Source: Callorhinchus milii (taxonomy: Eukaryota). From it: DNA of 60,000 bases. The stretch spans positions 31,932,001 through 31,992,000 of the forward strand of contig NW_024704742.1 of assembly GCF_018977255.1 (NCBI RefSeq), read 5' to 3'. A program made the position numbers and the translations under genes. Positions 26,180 through 37,000 of this stretch are shown in pieces. Numbering within the stretch: the first letter of the stretch is position 1; each line of letters begins with the position of its first letter. The notes below the pieces were generated by a model. The model made no database searches. It had not been told where the DNA came from and was given only the letters and a program-made list of their open reading frames with translations.

Positions 26180-26550
26180 ATGCCTTATCATGTCATCGAG
26201 ACATTTCAAAGCTCTTCACAAGGTATACTGTAAAGTGGATTGATTGTGTATTTGTGGGTCCCACAAACAGCCATGGAGTAAGTCATTGGCCAGGGGACAC
26301 CAGGTGAAACTCCCCTATCTTTTTGAATAGTGTCATAGGATCTTTAACGTCCACCTGTTCTGATGAAGGGCCGTGGACCCAAAACGTTGACTCACTTTCC
26401 TTTCTCCATAGATGCTGCCTGACCTGCTGAGTTTTCTCAGCTCTCTCTGTTTTCGAACAGGTGGGACCTCAGTTTAATGTCTCATCCGAAGACGACACCT
26501 CCGACAATGCAACACTTCCCCGCCCCAGCACTGCATTGGAGCATCAGTTT
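26180..26550 (-). mobile_element. DeuSINE interrupted by a Penelope-derived fragment
   Basis: Deu domain continuous on both sides of 26357-26453. Confidence 0.75.
26357..26453 (+). mobile_element. Penelope-derived fragment with hammerhead-like core
   Basis: GTT-CTGATGA-A-GGGCC-GTG-GACCC-AAAAC-GTT-GAC; same family as 23741-23925. Confidence 0.7.
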
Positions 26551-28160
26551 AGAGGTGAATGTATCCAATTGCAGCAATTTGTTTATTTTGTTGTACCTGT
26601 GATTCCAAACTATTGATTATTACTCAAAATGTCAAACCTCTTGTTAATTGTGCTGTTCAGTGAATAATTTATTGCAATGAGATTTCAAAAACCGCAACAC
26701 TGTGAGATCAGGTTTGCACCTTCACACCTGGGGTACCTTTTCACACACAGTAGTGTACTGTGGTTAGGATATGGAATGCCCTGTTGGGAGTGGTGATTGA
26801 AGCAGAATCCATATTAGCTTTAGAAACACGGAGCTACTGGTAAAGAGTTTTACGGTGTAGGCTGGTAAAGAGTGGAAGTTGTGCTGGATTTGTTTGCGCA
26901 CAACAATGTCCGACAAACAATGCAAACTACTATAATTTATATCTGTGTAGTGTCTTTCACGTGGAGAGGACATCTCAAAGTGCTCAACAGTGGCACTCAA
27001 GCTGGGGTGGAAGCCAAGTGGGTGGGAGGGCAAAGATGACCAAAAGCACAGTCAAAGAGGAAGGTCTTGAGATGGGCTTGAAGTGAATGACAAGCTTTTT
27101 ATCTGGAGGTGACATCAATTTATAAGATTTTATATACATGTTGGAATGTTGGGCTCGGTTGAATGGTTTGGAAGATGAAAAGCTCTAATTGAAAATTTCA
27201 GTTACCTCTTTAGAGGCACAAGACAGTAAAAACATGAATTATGTTAGATTGAATAGCAGAAAATGTAAAATTATTTTGTTTAAAAAAAGGACAATATGAA
27301 TTGGAAAGAAAAGGAAGAAATTAAAAATAGGGCAAAAAATGAGTGTTTAACAATTTTAATTAAAAACTCTATAGGTATTATGTATTAATAATCTTTGTAA
27401 TTTTATATGGTGCCCTATCACATAATTGAAACAATTCAAAACGCTTCGCAGAATTTTTAATAATAAAATCTCTACTTTTAATATACCGTCGTTCATGTCT
27501 GGAAGATATCTCAAAGTGTTTCACAGGATTTTTCCATAATAGTAATCCTTATATTTGATACGGCACTTTTAACTTTAGGAGGAAGTCTCACAAATCTTCA
27601 CAGAATCTTTACTGTGAAGTGTTGTGATTGTACTTTGTAAGCAAACTATTCTATTTGAGTAGTGTTATTACTGTTATAGATTTGATATCATTAGGTGGAG
27701 CAGAAATTTATTTACCTCATAAATGGTGATTCTGTTTTCTTCAAAACATTTCAGCTTGTCTACCATTGATGGTGGCTTTGCTTTCCTTGATATCCTCGAT
27801 GGATAAAGATACAGCAACAAAGTTACTCCTGAAACTATCTAATTAAGCTATGTGCGTAGCTTTATTACTGTTATTGTACTGATACTTGCAGGACCACAGT
27901 GAAAAATTAGTCAGCCTATGGAGACAATTACTTCCCTTTATCTGCCAGCAGTCTAAAGGGTTAAAAATTACTGAGTGAAACAGAAATTAATACAACTCTT
28001 AGATGTTGATTTTCTTTCTTAACAAAAAACGTTCTGCTTGTCTCCTATTGACACTGTCTGATTTCTTTGTATAGTGATATTGATGTTCCCAGTGCCTTCC
28101 TCTCAAGACACAGACTGGGAAGTTTAGTGATATAGGCTGATAAAGAGTATACATTCGCAG

Positions 28161-28540
28161 AGGAGTTCTGTCGCATATTGGTCAGAGTACTCGCCTTGCA
28201 AGTGAGAGACCTGGATTCGATTCCCGGGCAGGGCAAAACCTTAGGTAAGTTCCTTACTCCACACACTCTGTTTACCTAGCAGTAAATAGGAGCCCGGTTG
28301 TCAGTCGATTGGTGGATCGCTTTCCTGGGGTAATAATCCTTCCAAAAATAAAATAAGTTTTAAAAAAATTCACTCAATCAGTCACTCAATCCATGACTGT
28401 TTGTTGGACATTGCTGTGCGCAATTGGCTGTCAAGTTTCGCCCACAAAATATACAATCAATTTACTTCACAGTATATTCTGTGAAGCGCTTTGAGACATC
28501 TCGAACACGTGATATATCAAATGCAAAGATTATTATTAAT
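28161..28540 (+). mobile_element. tRNA-derived SINE, long form
   Basis: Head, CORE-like CTGTTTACCTAGCAGTAAATAGG segment, Deu body, tail. Confidence 0.9.
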
Positions 28541-28840
28541 AGTAGTAGTAGTACTGAATTGAATTTGTTTGGAAAACATTGCCAACACAATATCTATTAT
28601 ACAATTTGTAGACACAGTGCAGTCTCACTTCATCGCAGATTCAATTCCAGTTATCCTGTAATGATTACATATGTATTCCTATAAGGGTGTGTTTCATACT
28701 TCAGCTGAATATAATAATAGACCCTGCATTTGATATAATGCCTATGACATTGAAATATCTCAAAGCACTTAACAGTCATTACTGTGAAGCATAGTGACTA
28801 TATAGATTATGTAGACTGACAATCCAGTTTGACATCTTAT

Positions 28841-31042
28841 GACTTCACTGCCCTCCTCTCCTCCCTAAACCTCACCCTTCATATCAATTAACCGACCCAC
28901 AACCGTGGTCATGCCCTTGACCTTGTCATCACCCACGGCCTTGACATTTTCGACCTGAGCATTCGACTTGACAAGGCCATCTCAGACTACATCCTCATCT
29001 CCTTGTCCTCTCACATCCCTCTCTCCTCCAACAAGCCCTCAACCATACTCTACCGCTCGTGGAAAAGGCTACCCCCCTGAGACCCTCACAAAGGCCCTCG
29101 CATCCTCAAATATCCTATCACTCTGACCTTCCACCCCCAGAGATCCTGAAGCAGCCGTCCAGCTGCTCCATGATCGCCTCTCCTCCACCTTCAACTCTCC
29201 TGTCCCACTGAAATCCAGTACCATCTCCAAACCCACCCAATCCCCCTGGTACAACAGTCATCTCCGCTCTCTAAAAACCCAAACCCAGCTGCTCGAGTGC
29301 AGATGGCAGAAAACTGGTCTGACAGTTCACCGCCAACTGTGGCTCGAGCATCTCCACAGCTACCGCCGTTCTTTGACGCGTGCAAAAACAGCCTTCTACT
29401 CCAACATCATCTTGGAGTCAAAAGATAATCCTCCCCACCAACTTGCTAGTCACCCAGCTCCGCCTCCTCTGCCCACTACTGGCTGATGTCATCAACCAGT
29501 CCCTCTCCTCTGGATCAGTCCCTGCCCACCTCAAAACTGCTGTCATCATCCTCCTCCTCAAAAACCCTTACCTGGATCCCTCAAACCCCAGCCACTACCA
29601 CCTCATTTCAAACTTACCCTTCCTTGCAAAAGTCCTAGAACGCATTGTTGTCAATCAACTTTACACACACCTCTTCTCCCACTCCCTCTTCGAAACCCTC
29701 CAGTCCGGTATCCGCCCTGCCCACAGTACAGAGACTGCGCTTGTGAAAGTCGCAAACGACATCCTCTCTATCTGTGACCGGGGCTCCCTCTGCCTCCTTG
29801 TCCTCCTGGACCTCTCCTCTGGTTTCGACACAGTCGATCACGCCATCCTCCTCCACCACGTTTCCTCTGTCATCCACCTCAGTGGGACGGAACTCGCCTG
29901 GTTCGAGTCCTACCTCACGAACCGCCAGCAGTACATCTGCACAAACGGCTTTTCCTCCTGTTCTCACCAGGTTACCTGCGGGGTACCCCAAGGATCCATC
30001 CTTGGCCCCCTCCTCTTCCTAATCTATATGCTCCCTCTTGGGGATGTCATCATCTGCAGACATGGGGTACACTTCCACATGTATGCGGACGACACCCAGC
30101 TCTATTTTTCCACCTCACTTTGTGACCCCCAGTACCCTGATGTTCTGTCAGCCTGCCTGTCAGACCTCAGGAGCTGGATGAGCGTGAATTTCCTTCAGTT
30201 AAATGTTGACAAGACGGAAGCCATACTCTTTGGCTCTCATCAACGTCTTAAATCACATGGTTCTCACCTCCTCCACCTACCCAACCTCCCCCTAAAACTC
30301 TCCGAACCCATACGCAACCTGGGTGTCAGGTTCGACCCCCAATTATCCTTCCTTCCCCCACATCCGGTCCCTCACCAGCACCGCTTTCTTCCACCTCCGA
30401 CGCATCGCCCGTGTCTGCCAATACGTCATCCCAGAACCGAAACTCTGGTCCATGCCTTTGTCACCTCTCGGCTGTTATCATTCAAATGCCCTCCTCGCCG
30501 GTCTTCCCTCCTCTACGATTCATAAAATCCAGGTCATCCAGAATTCTGCTGCCTGCATTCTTACCCGCACCAAACTCCGCTCCCCGATTACCCCAGTCCT
30601 TACCAGACTGCACTGGCTGCCTGTCCCAGAGAGGATCGACTTCAAGATCCTTACCCTTGTCTTCAAATTCCTCCACTCCTCTGCACCCCCTACCTCTCTG
30701 ACCTCCTCTCTCCTCACAACAGTGCCCATTGCCTTTGCTCCACCGGGTCTAGCCTCCTCCTTGTCTCCCAAATCCTCCGCTCCACCATCAGCGGCCGTGC
30801 CTTCAGCCATTACACCCCGAGGCTCTGGAACTCCCTTCCTCACTCCCTTCGCCTTGTCCCCTCTCTTCCTATTTTCAGGTCTCGGCTGAAGACCTTTCTT
30901 TTCGACCGCGCCTTTGGTCACCTTCCTCCCCCTCCCCGTGGCTCGGTCCCGGGATCCGTTACTGTGAAGCGCTCTGAGACGCCGTCCGGCGTGGAGGGCG
31001 CTATATAAATCCAAGTTGTTATTGTTGTTGTTGTTACTGTTG
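28841..31042 (+). mobile_element. 5'-truncated L2 (LINE2) retrotransposon
   Basis: End of APE domain (GHALDLVIT), RT motifs HSTETAL, LLDLSSGFDTVDH, GVPQGSILGPLLF, YADDTQLY; L2 C-terminus LHWLPV; terminal stem-loop and (TTG)n tail. Confidence 0.95.
29380..30525 (+). pseudogene. L2 ORF2 reverse-transcriptase core (open ~380 codons, frameshifted at both ends)
   Basis: Provided ORF carries canonical non-LTR RT motifs including YADD; no start context; flanking frames broken. Confidence 0.9.
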
Positions 31043-31044
31043 AT

Positions 31045-31270
31045 ACTACAATGCATATGCTGGGGAGCTCTGCATTGTTGGAGGTGCTGTCCTTCAAATG
31101 AGACATGAAACCAAGGTTCCGTCTGTGCCTTTTCAGGTGGATGTTAAAGATCCCGAGGGAGTATTTGAAAAGAGAAAGGAGTTTCCCACAGCGCCAAGGC
31201 CAGCAATGCCCAGATAAAATTGTTCAGTCATGTTTGTGGGACGTTACCGTGGGCAAATTGCCCACATATT
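31045..31270 (+). mobile_element. DeuSINE fragment
   Basis: GGAGGTGCTGTCCTTCAAATGAGACATGAAACCAAGG..GTTAAAGATCCC Deu domain. Confidence 0.75.
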
Positions 31271-31910
31271 ACTGAATAAATTTCTATGGTTTTAGGGTAC
31301 GACTGGAACACTGAGACAGATTAGCTCCCTACCATCATATAGCATTCTTTCATCAGGGTGGTACCCTAGACTCCACTGCTGTGGCACCATTTGGGCCAGG
31401 CTGTGAGGCAGATGATGGAATTCTTCTCTCCTTCATTCTTCCCCAAACAAAACTCAACCAACTGGATAAATTATACTGTTATTTCTGATATGGGAATGAG
31501 TGTGGATAGTGAGTAAGAGGAGGATCTGCTGAAGGTCCTAACTGTTGAGTATCTTGCTAGGGGATCGATTCACTGCTGAAGGTCCTAAATGTTGAGTATA
31601 TTGCCACACTTACTGCTGAGGCTCACATATTAAGAATGACTGGTGGTTAAAAGAGCTAGAACATTTTGGGAATAGGGCACCCAGATCTTTAGCAGAAAAG
31701 GCTTTATTGACCGCAAAGCTGCTTTCCTTAAGAACTGCAACACAATCTATTCAACTAAGACCACCAGAACGTCCACTTGAGTGAGATATCAGAGGGCGGT
31801 TGGCACATGTGGAACTGTACCCGGCGTAAGATATTTTCTTGAGGAACACAGGGAAAGAACCAAAACTGGCTCAAACGTGTATTACCATCTGACATGTAAA
31901 TCTACACAAT

Positions 31911-32188
31911 GTGGAGTCCTGTAGAGTAGTGGTTAGAGCACTCGCCTTGCAAAGGAGAAGAACTGGGTTTGATTCTCGGGTGAGGCGAAACCTTAGTCCA
32001 CACACCTCTGTTTACCTAGCAGTAAGTAAGAACCCAGTTACTAATTGATTGGTGGGTCGCTTTCCTGGGGTAATAATCCGTGACAAAAAATAATAATTGA
32101 GTCACTCAATCCTGTGGGACACAACCGTGTGCAATTGGCTGTCGTGTTTCACCCACAAAATATATAGTCAATTCACTTTACAGTATAA
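31911..32188 (+). mobile_element. tRNA-derived SINE, long form, 3'-truncated
   Basis: Head plus CORE-like and Deu-like segments. Confidence 0.85.
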
Positions 32189-32650
32189 TAACATACGAAT
32201 ATAACATCATTGAGCATATGAAAACACCTGCATAAGTTGCCAATACCTTTGATGGCATGAAAGATATTCTAGCTTGCAAACCAGAAATACATGAAGACTT
32301 TGGCTGTCTCTCTAACAAGGTGACTGCCGGGACACGGGGAGATAATCTTCGTGCCCATTCTTTACTGAAGGGAAGCGTAGTACATGGCCTCCTCTCTCCG
32401 ATGCTCACGTCCCCTACATTTGCATTCATGCCTCGGATTCTTGCAGTGCGATAAGGAAATACTTTCCGAGAGATACTGAAGAGCACAACATACAGGCTGA
32501 TTGCTTCATCTCGCAGTTTCCACAACACTAATGGTGGTTCTGTGGATCTCAGTCATAACTTGCACACATCCCCCGCTGTTGACCACCTCAGCCCTTCCTG
32601 CATTCAAAACAATGCTCCTTATTCTTGCAGCGATTCTCTGTTATACTTAC

Positions 32651-32727
32651 CTCAATGACAAAGCTGAGGTATCTGATCTCCTGTGTGCAGAACGTGGCTG
32701 ACCATAGATACCGTCGTCAGAGCCCAT
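32651..32727 (-). CDS. Candidate first coding exon of an unidentified gene (MGSDDGIYGQPRSAHRRSDTSALSL-R, phase 2)
   Basis: GCCAGTATGG strong Kozak context, upstream in-frame stop, canonical AG/GTAAGT donor, CpG-retaining non-repeat DNA; upstream acceptor TTTTTTTACAG at 33066. Confidence 0.4.
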
Positions 32728-33914
32728 ACTGGCCAACAGTGACTTCACCCAACGCTTTATGTGGGACACTTAAACAATGTTGGTTTATTCAACAACAAAA
32801 CTGACTCGCTATCTGCTCTGATTGTTGTCTAGTGCTTCTGTCTTATTATCTGTCTGTTTGGAAGATGAACCGGGGACCTGCATTCTTTGCTTCTTCCTCT
32901 GTGAAACTCCTTTGCAGTATTTTCAAGCTGAACATCTCCGAATCTGACAGCCAGGGTCACAGACAGTAAAACATTCCAGCACCTCACATTTCACTGTGGT
33001 GTATGTGCCTGATAAGAATAAGCCACAGTTTCCAAAACCTCTAAATTATCGGCTTCCATCTGCATCTGTAAAAAAAGACACAGTATCCTTTTGAGTGGTT
33101 CACATAATGAAACAATTCTAAACAACAACTTTCCAGCAAAACTCCTTAACCATGTCACTGCTAGTTCACTCTGGGTTTTTTTTACACATCTTTTGGTAGC
33201 TTAACTAATATTTAAACGTAGAACTACATAGAATTAAACATGAAATTACATTACACACAGCTCCGACACGAGATGGAATAGTCTTACAAGTTAAGACTAT
33301 GTGGAACTTCAACCCTTAGATTCCTGTGTTCCCGAACATTTCTCCTTGACAATACTGATCAGAGTTTACCCACTCCCCTAGGGGCACGACGGTTCAGATT
33401 ATGCACAGTGTGTTAAGATATGAGCAGACCTTCTACCCAATGCAGAACAGGATTTGAAGTTCCAGCTCTTTTGCAGTTTGCTCTGTGAGTTCTTCTTTGG
33501 TTACTGCAGGAGCTGGTGCAATCACATACAACAGCAACAACTTGCATTTATATACAGCCTCACTCTTATCATTAAAGTCTATCAAACCATCCCCAAACAA
33601 GAAAATTATATTAATAACAACTTGCATTTATGCAGTGCCCCTTCGCACAGGGTAACCTCTCGGAGTGCTTGACAGAGACCAGGTTGGACACCAAACAATG
33701 GAAAGGGGCTGGTGGAGGTGGCCCCCTATGTTTTGTTGATATGATAAAGTGCTATATCAAATGAGAGAAATAATGTTATTATTTTATATAAATTTTAGTT
33801 ATTACAAAAGCCAACACTTAAGGGGGCATCAAGGGCAGAAATATGGCCATACTAATTTGGTTATTTGTTTTAATACTAAATATGAGCTGATTTAAGCACT
33901 CTTAGAGTGCGTAA

Positions 33915-34245
33915 ACAACAACAATAACAACAAGATTACATTTGTATAGTGCCTTTCAATTCGGGAGGACATCCCAAGGCGCTGGACAGTGTACAGCATT
34001 TCAGACCCGAGCTGGGGTCAGGGGGGGAGAAGGGAGGGGAAGGGGGGTGGCCGATGGCATGGTCGAAGAGGAGGGTCTTGAGGCGGGACTTGAAGGAGGC
34101 TAAGGAGGGGGCGAGGCGGAGTGATTGGGGGATGGAATTCCAGAGGTTGGGGGCAGAGTGGCTGAAGCCTCTCCCAACAATGGTGGGGTGGGTGGGTCAG
34201 GGGACGTAGAGTAGGCCGGAGCCGGCTGAGCGGAGGGAACAGAGT
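33915..34245 (-). mobile_element. L2 3' fragment
   Basis: Inverted near-copy of 4010-4200 plus G-rich UTR and tail. Confidence 0.9.
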
Positions 34246-34874
34246 TATAGCAAAAGGTGTTATATGAATGCAAGTTGTTGCTGTAGATTTAAGGATATTT
34301 CAACTTTGGTTTAGCATGAGTCTAATAAAAGTGCTCACTAAAGCCACAGTCCAATGTGATTAAACTGGTCAAACAGGAGGTCTCATGTCTGTGGTGCATT
34401 ACTTTATCTTAAGTGGCACAATAAATAGATGGTACAATCGGAGAGGAAATAATAATCTCTCTAGTGATCTCTGTCTTAATCAAAATGTCTGTGTGGACAT
34501 TGGCTGTGCACAGTATTGAGCTCTGCAATAATCCTCTTTTTTCCCTGTTTCTCCCCCCACTCCCCCCCGCCCCCACTCCCACTCCCACTTCTGGTTATGT
34601 AGCCAGCAGACACCATATGTGAAGAATTGTCACTTGAGTGAGATGTTGGATAGTGGATGACAACCCTTTGTCAGGAACCCAGCAGTCAGTCAAATAGGCT
34701 GAAAAGAGAGGTGCCTGACGATCACAGGAACCTGAATCTGGCAACAAAGTGAAACATCTGGTTTCAGGAGGTGACTCATGTGGAGTACTGTATAAACACC
34801 AGCACGGACTAGTGGAGCCGAATGGCCTGCTTCCGTGCTGTATAATCTGTACAATCTATGTAAGTGCTCATGAT

Positions 34875-35380
34875 TGTGTCAGCCTAGTTCAGTTTGTAGC
34901 CTTCTCACCTCCATTTCAGAAGTTTGTGGGTTCAAGTCCCCGCAAAAAAACTTTTTGCTTTGCCAACAAAATAGTCATAGAAATAACATAGATTTATGCC
35001 ATAAATCAAGAAATATTCAATCAAGAAACATTCAGTTTGTTGACAAACCAAAGAGGCCACTCCAATGTATTGCAAGGGGTGTACTGCATTGTTGGAGGTG
35101 CCATCCTTTGGATGAGATGTTAAATCGAGTCCCCGTTTGACTATTTAGGTGGATGTTAAAGATCCCATGGCATTGTTCGAAAAGTGTAGGGAGTTAACAA
35201 TCCGCTAAAATAAAGAAAAGTTGGTCATTCACTTCATGGCCTTGTGTGGGACATTGCTGTGGCGCAAAATTGGCTGCCACATTCGCCCACAAAACACACA
35301 GTCACTGCACTTTACAGTATAACCTGTGAAGTGCTTTGGCATGAAAGGTGCTACACCAAATGTAAGGATTGTTCATATTA
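34875..35380 (+). mobile_element. DeuSINE with internal insertion
   Basis: TGTGTCAGCC..GTGGGTTCAAGTCCC head; Deu domain 35080-35300; tail. Confidence 0.75.
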
Positions 35381-36001
35381 TTGTTGTCTGTTCCAAATAC
35401 CAGAGGTTCCACAAATAAGGAGTGCATCTAATGGTTTAATGATCCTACTACCCTGATAACTGCCCTCCACCCTGCTACCTCTAGCCTGCCTTACATCCTC
35501 GGCCCACTCTGCCCCACTATTAGTAAAGAAAGTTTTCAGCCACTTTGAGTCTGCCCTCAGCACCTCCCTTTTGAAATCCCTCTGTCTCACTTGCTACCAC
35601 TATCTCTGTTTTCAACACCCGTCCAACTCTTACTCTGCCCTCCTTCTCTCTCTGCTTTCAAAACTCATCTCTTCAACTGTGCCTTTGGCCAACTCCTCCC
35701 CCACCCACCACCCCCTTATCTCTCTTTCAGCTCGGGCTCCCCACTCAGTCTTTGGAAAGCATTTTGAGATGTGCACCTATGTAAAAGAAGCTATGTAAGA
35801 CCTACAGCAATTCTGGGAACTTTGGGACATCCTCCAAACACTTCCTGGAGTCCTAGTAAACTGGATTTAATAAGCAGGTTGTAGACCATTGGTAGACCAA
35901 ATACATTTTGTTGATTGCATATTTCTTGATTTATGGCCACGCTATAAACATCCCCACTCAGTAGTTACTGGAAACAAAACATTGATTCAAAACAGATTCA
36001 C

Positions 36002-36121
36002 CTAAACTAGTCGAGTGTTCGGCAAGCCGTGTCTTGACTGCCCTGCGGGTCATTTCCAGCCCATGATCCATGGGTTGGACATCATTGTTGTAGACAAATA
36101 GAATGTTTGTAGCTACTGTAT
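36002..36121 (-). other. Candidate symmetric 120-nt exon
   Basis: Acceptor TCTTTTTCTCTCAAACAG, donor AG/GTGAAT, open phase-1 frame TVATNILFVYNNDVQPMDHGLEMTRRAVKTRLAEHSTSL. Confidence 0.35.
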
Positions 36122-36524
36122 CTGTTTGAGAGAAAAAGAGATTTCCCTTGAGAGCCGGACCAGGATTGCAAAAAAATGAGACCTTCATCAGGAGCTACTG
36201 CCGGCAGCAGAATATCCTGTGAATAAAAATGGATTAAAGTCAAAACCAGCAGGTTCTGTTTAAGACAACCTGTGTAAGAACTGAGTTGCTGTGGGATGCA
36301 GGGAGCTGCAAATACAATCTGCACTGCACATGTCAAACAGGACAATGAGGAATATATCTAAATGCGAATTGCTGTTGAATTATAGTGGATACTTTTTATA
36401 GGTTTTAACTAACCTTTAACTGCATCTGTACCATAATAACTGAACCTCTGTGTGTTGGTAAATAAACATAGCTTTGTTTATTGACTTGACTTTCCCTCCA
36501 CATAGTGTTTCATCTTTTGTCAGA

Positions 36525-37000
36525 AAAATGTCCGACATATGTGGAAACCCGTCACCATACTTCAGAGTATCCAAACCAGACTGAGAGTTCCATACATTCC
36601 ACCTACACATGGAAATTCTCATGTATTGGATTGGAATGTGCCCAGTCTCCCTGGAAGGAGACATCCTGTTTGTCTATTTCCTGATAATTATGAAACACAA
36701 GTTGGCAAGAGCCAAACCTTGAGGACCCCAGAGTGTGTGTTGGGGTCCTGTTGGAGTCTAACCAAAAATGCATAGCTTGCCACTGAGAACACTATCTGGC
36801 AAGCTTTCCTGCTGCTTGTTCAGCTAGGATGACCCTGTGCATCGACTGGCTTACGGGACTAACAGGACCTGAGCAGGAAGAATCTCTGCCCCTACAATAA
36901 CTCGTCTGCCTTCTAGGTCCTGCAGATGAGCCAGGCTTGCTAGGCTGTCATCAACAGTGACTTGCAGTACTGAAGAGCTACCTGGCTCAGGAAATGGACA
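36525..37000 (+). repeat. Unclassified repeat family A copy
   Basis: Matches 11915-12210 and 13535-14025. Confidence 0.8.

Noticed and set aside
32178..32528. 116-aa minus-strand ORF downstream of the candidate exon
   Set aside because: No recognisable homology, weak donor (GTGTTT) and runs into a SINE; likely intronic chance ORF.
34010..34050. G-quadruplex-prone G runs
   Set aside because: Antisense of the generic C-rich L2 3' UTR found in many copies; no locus-specific evidence.
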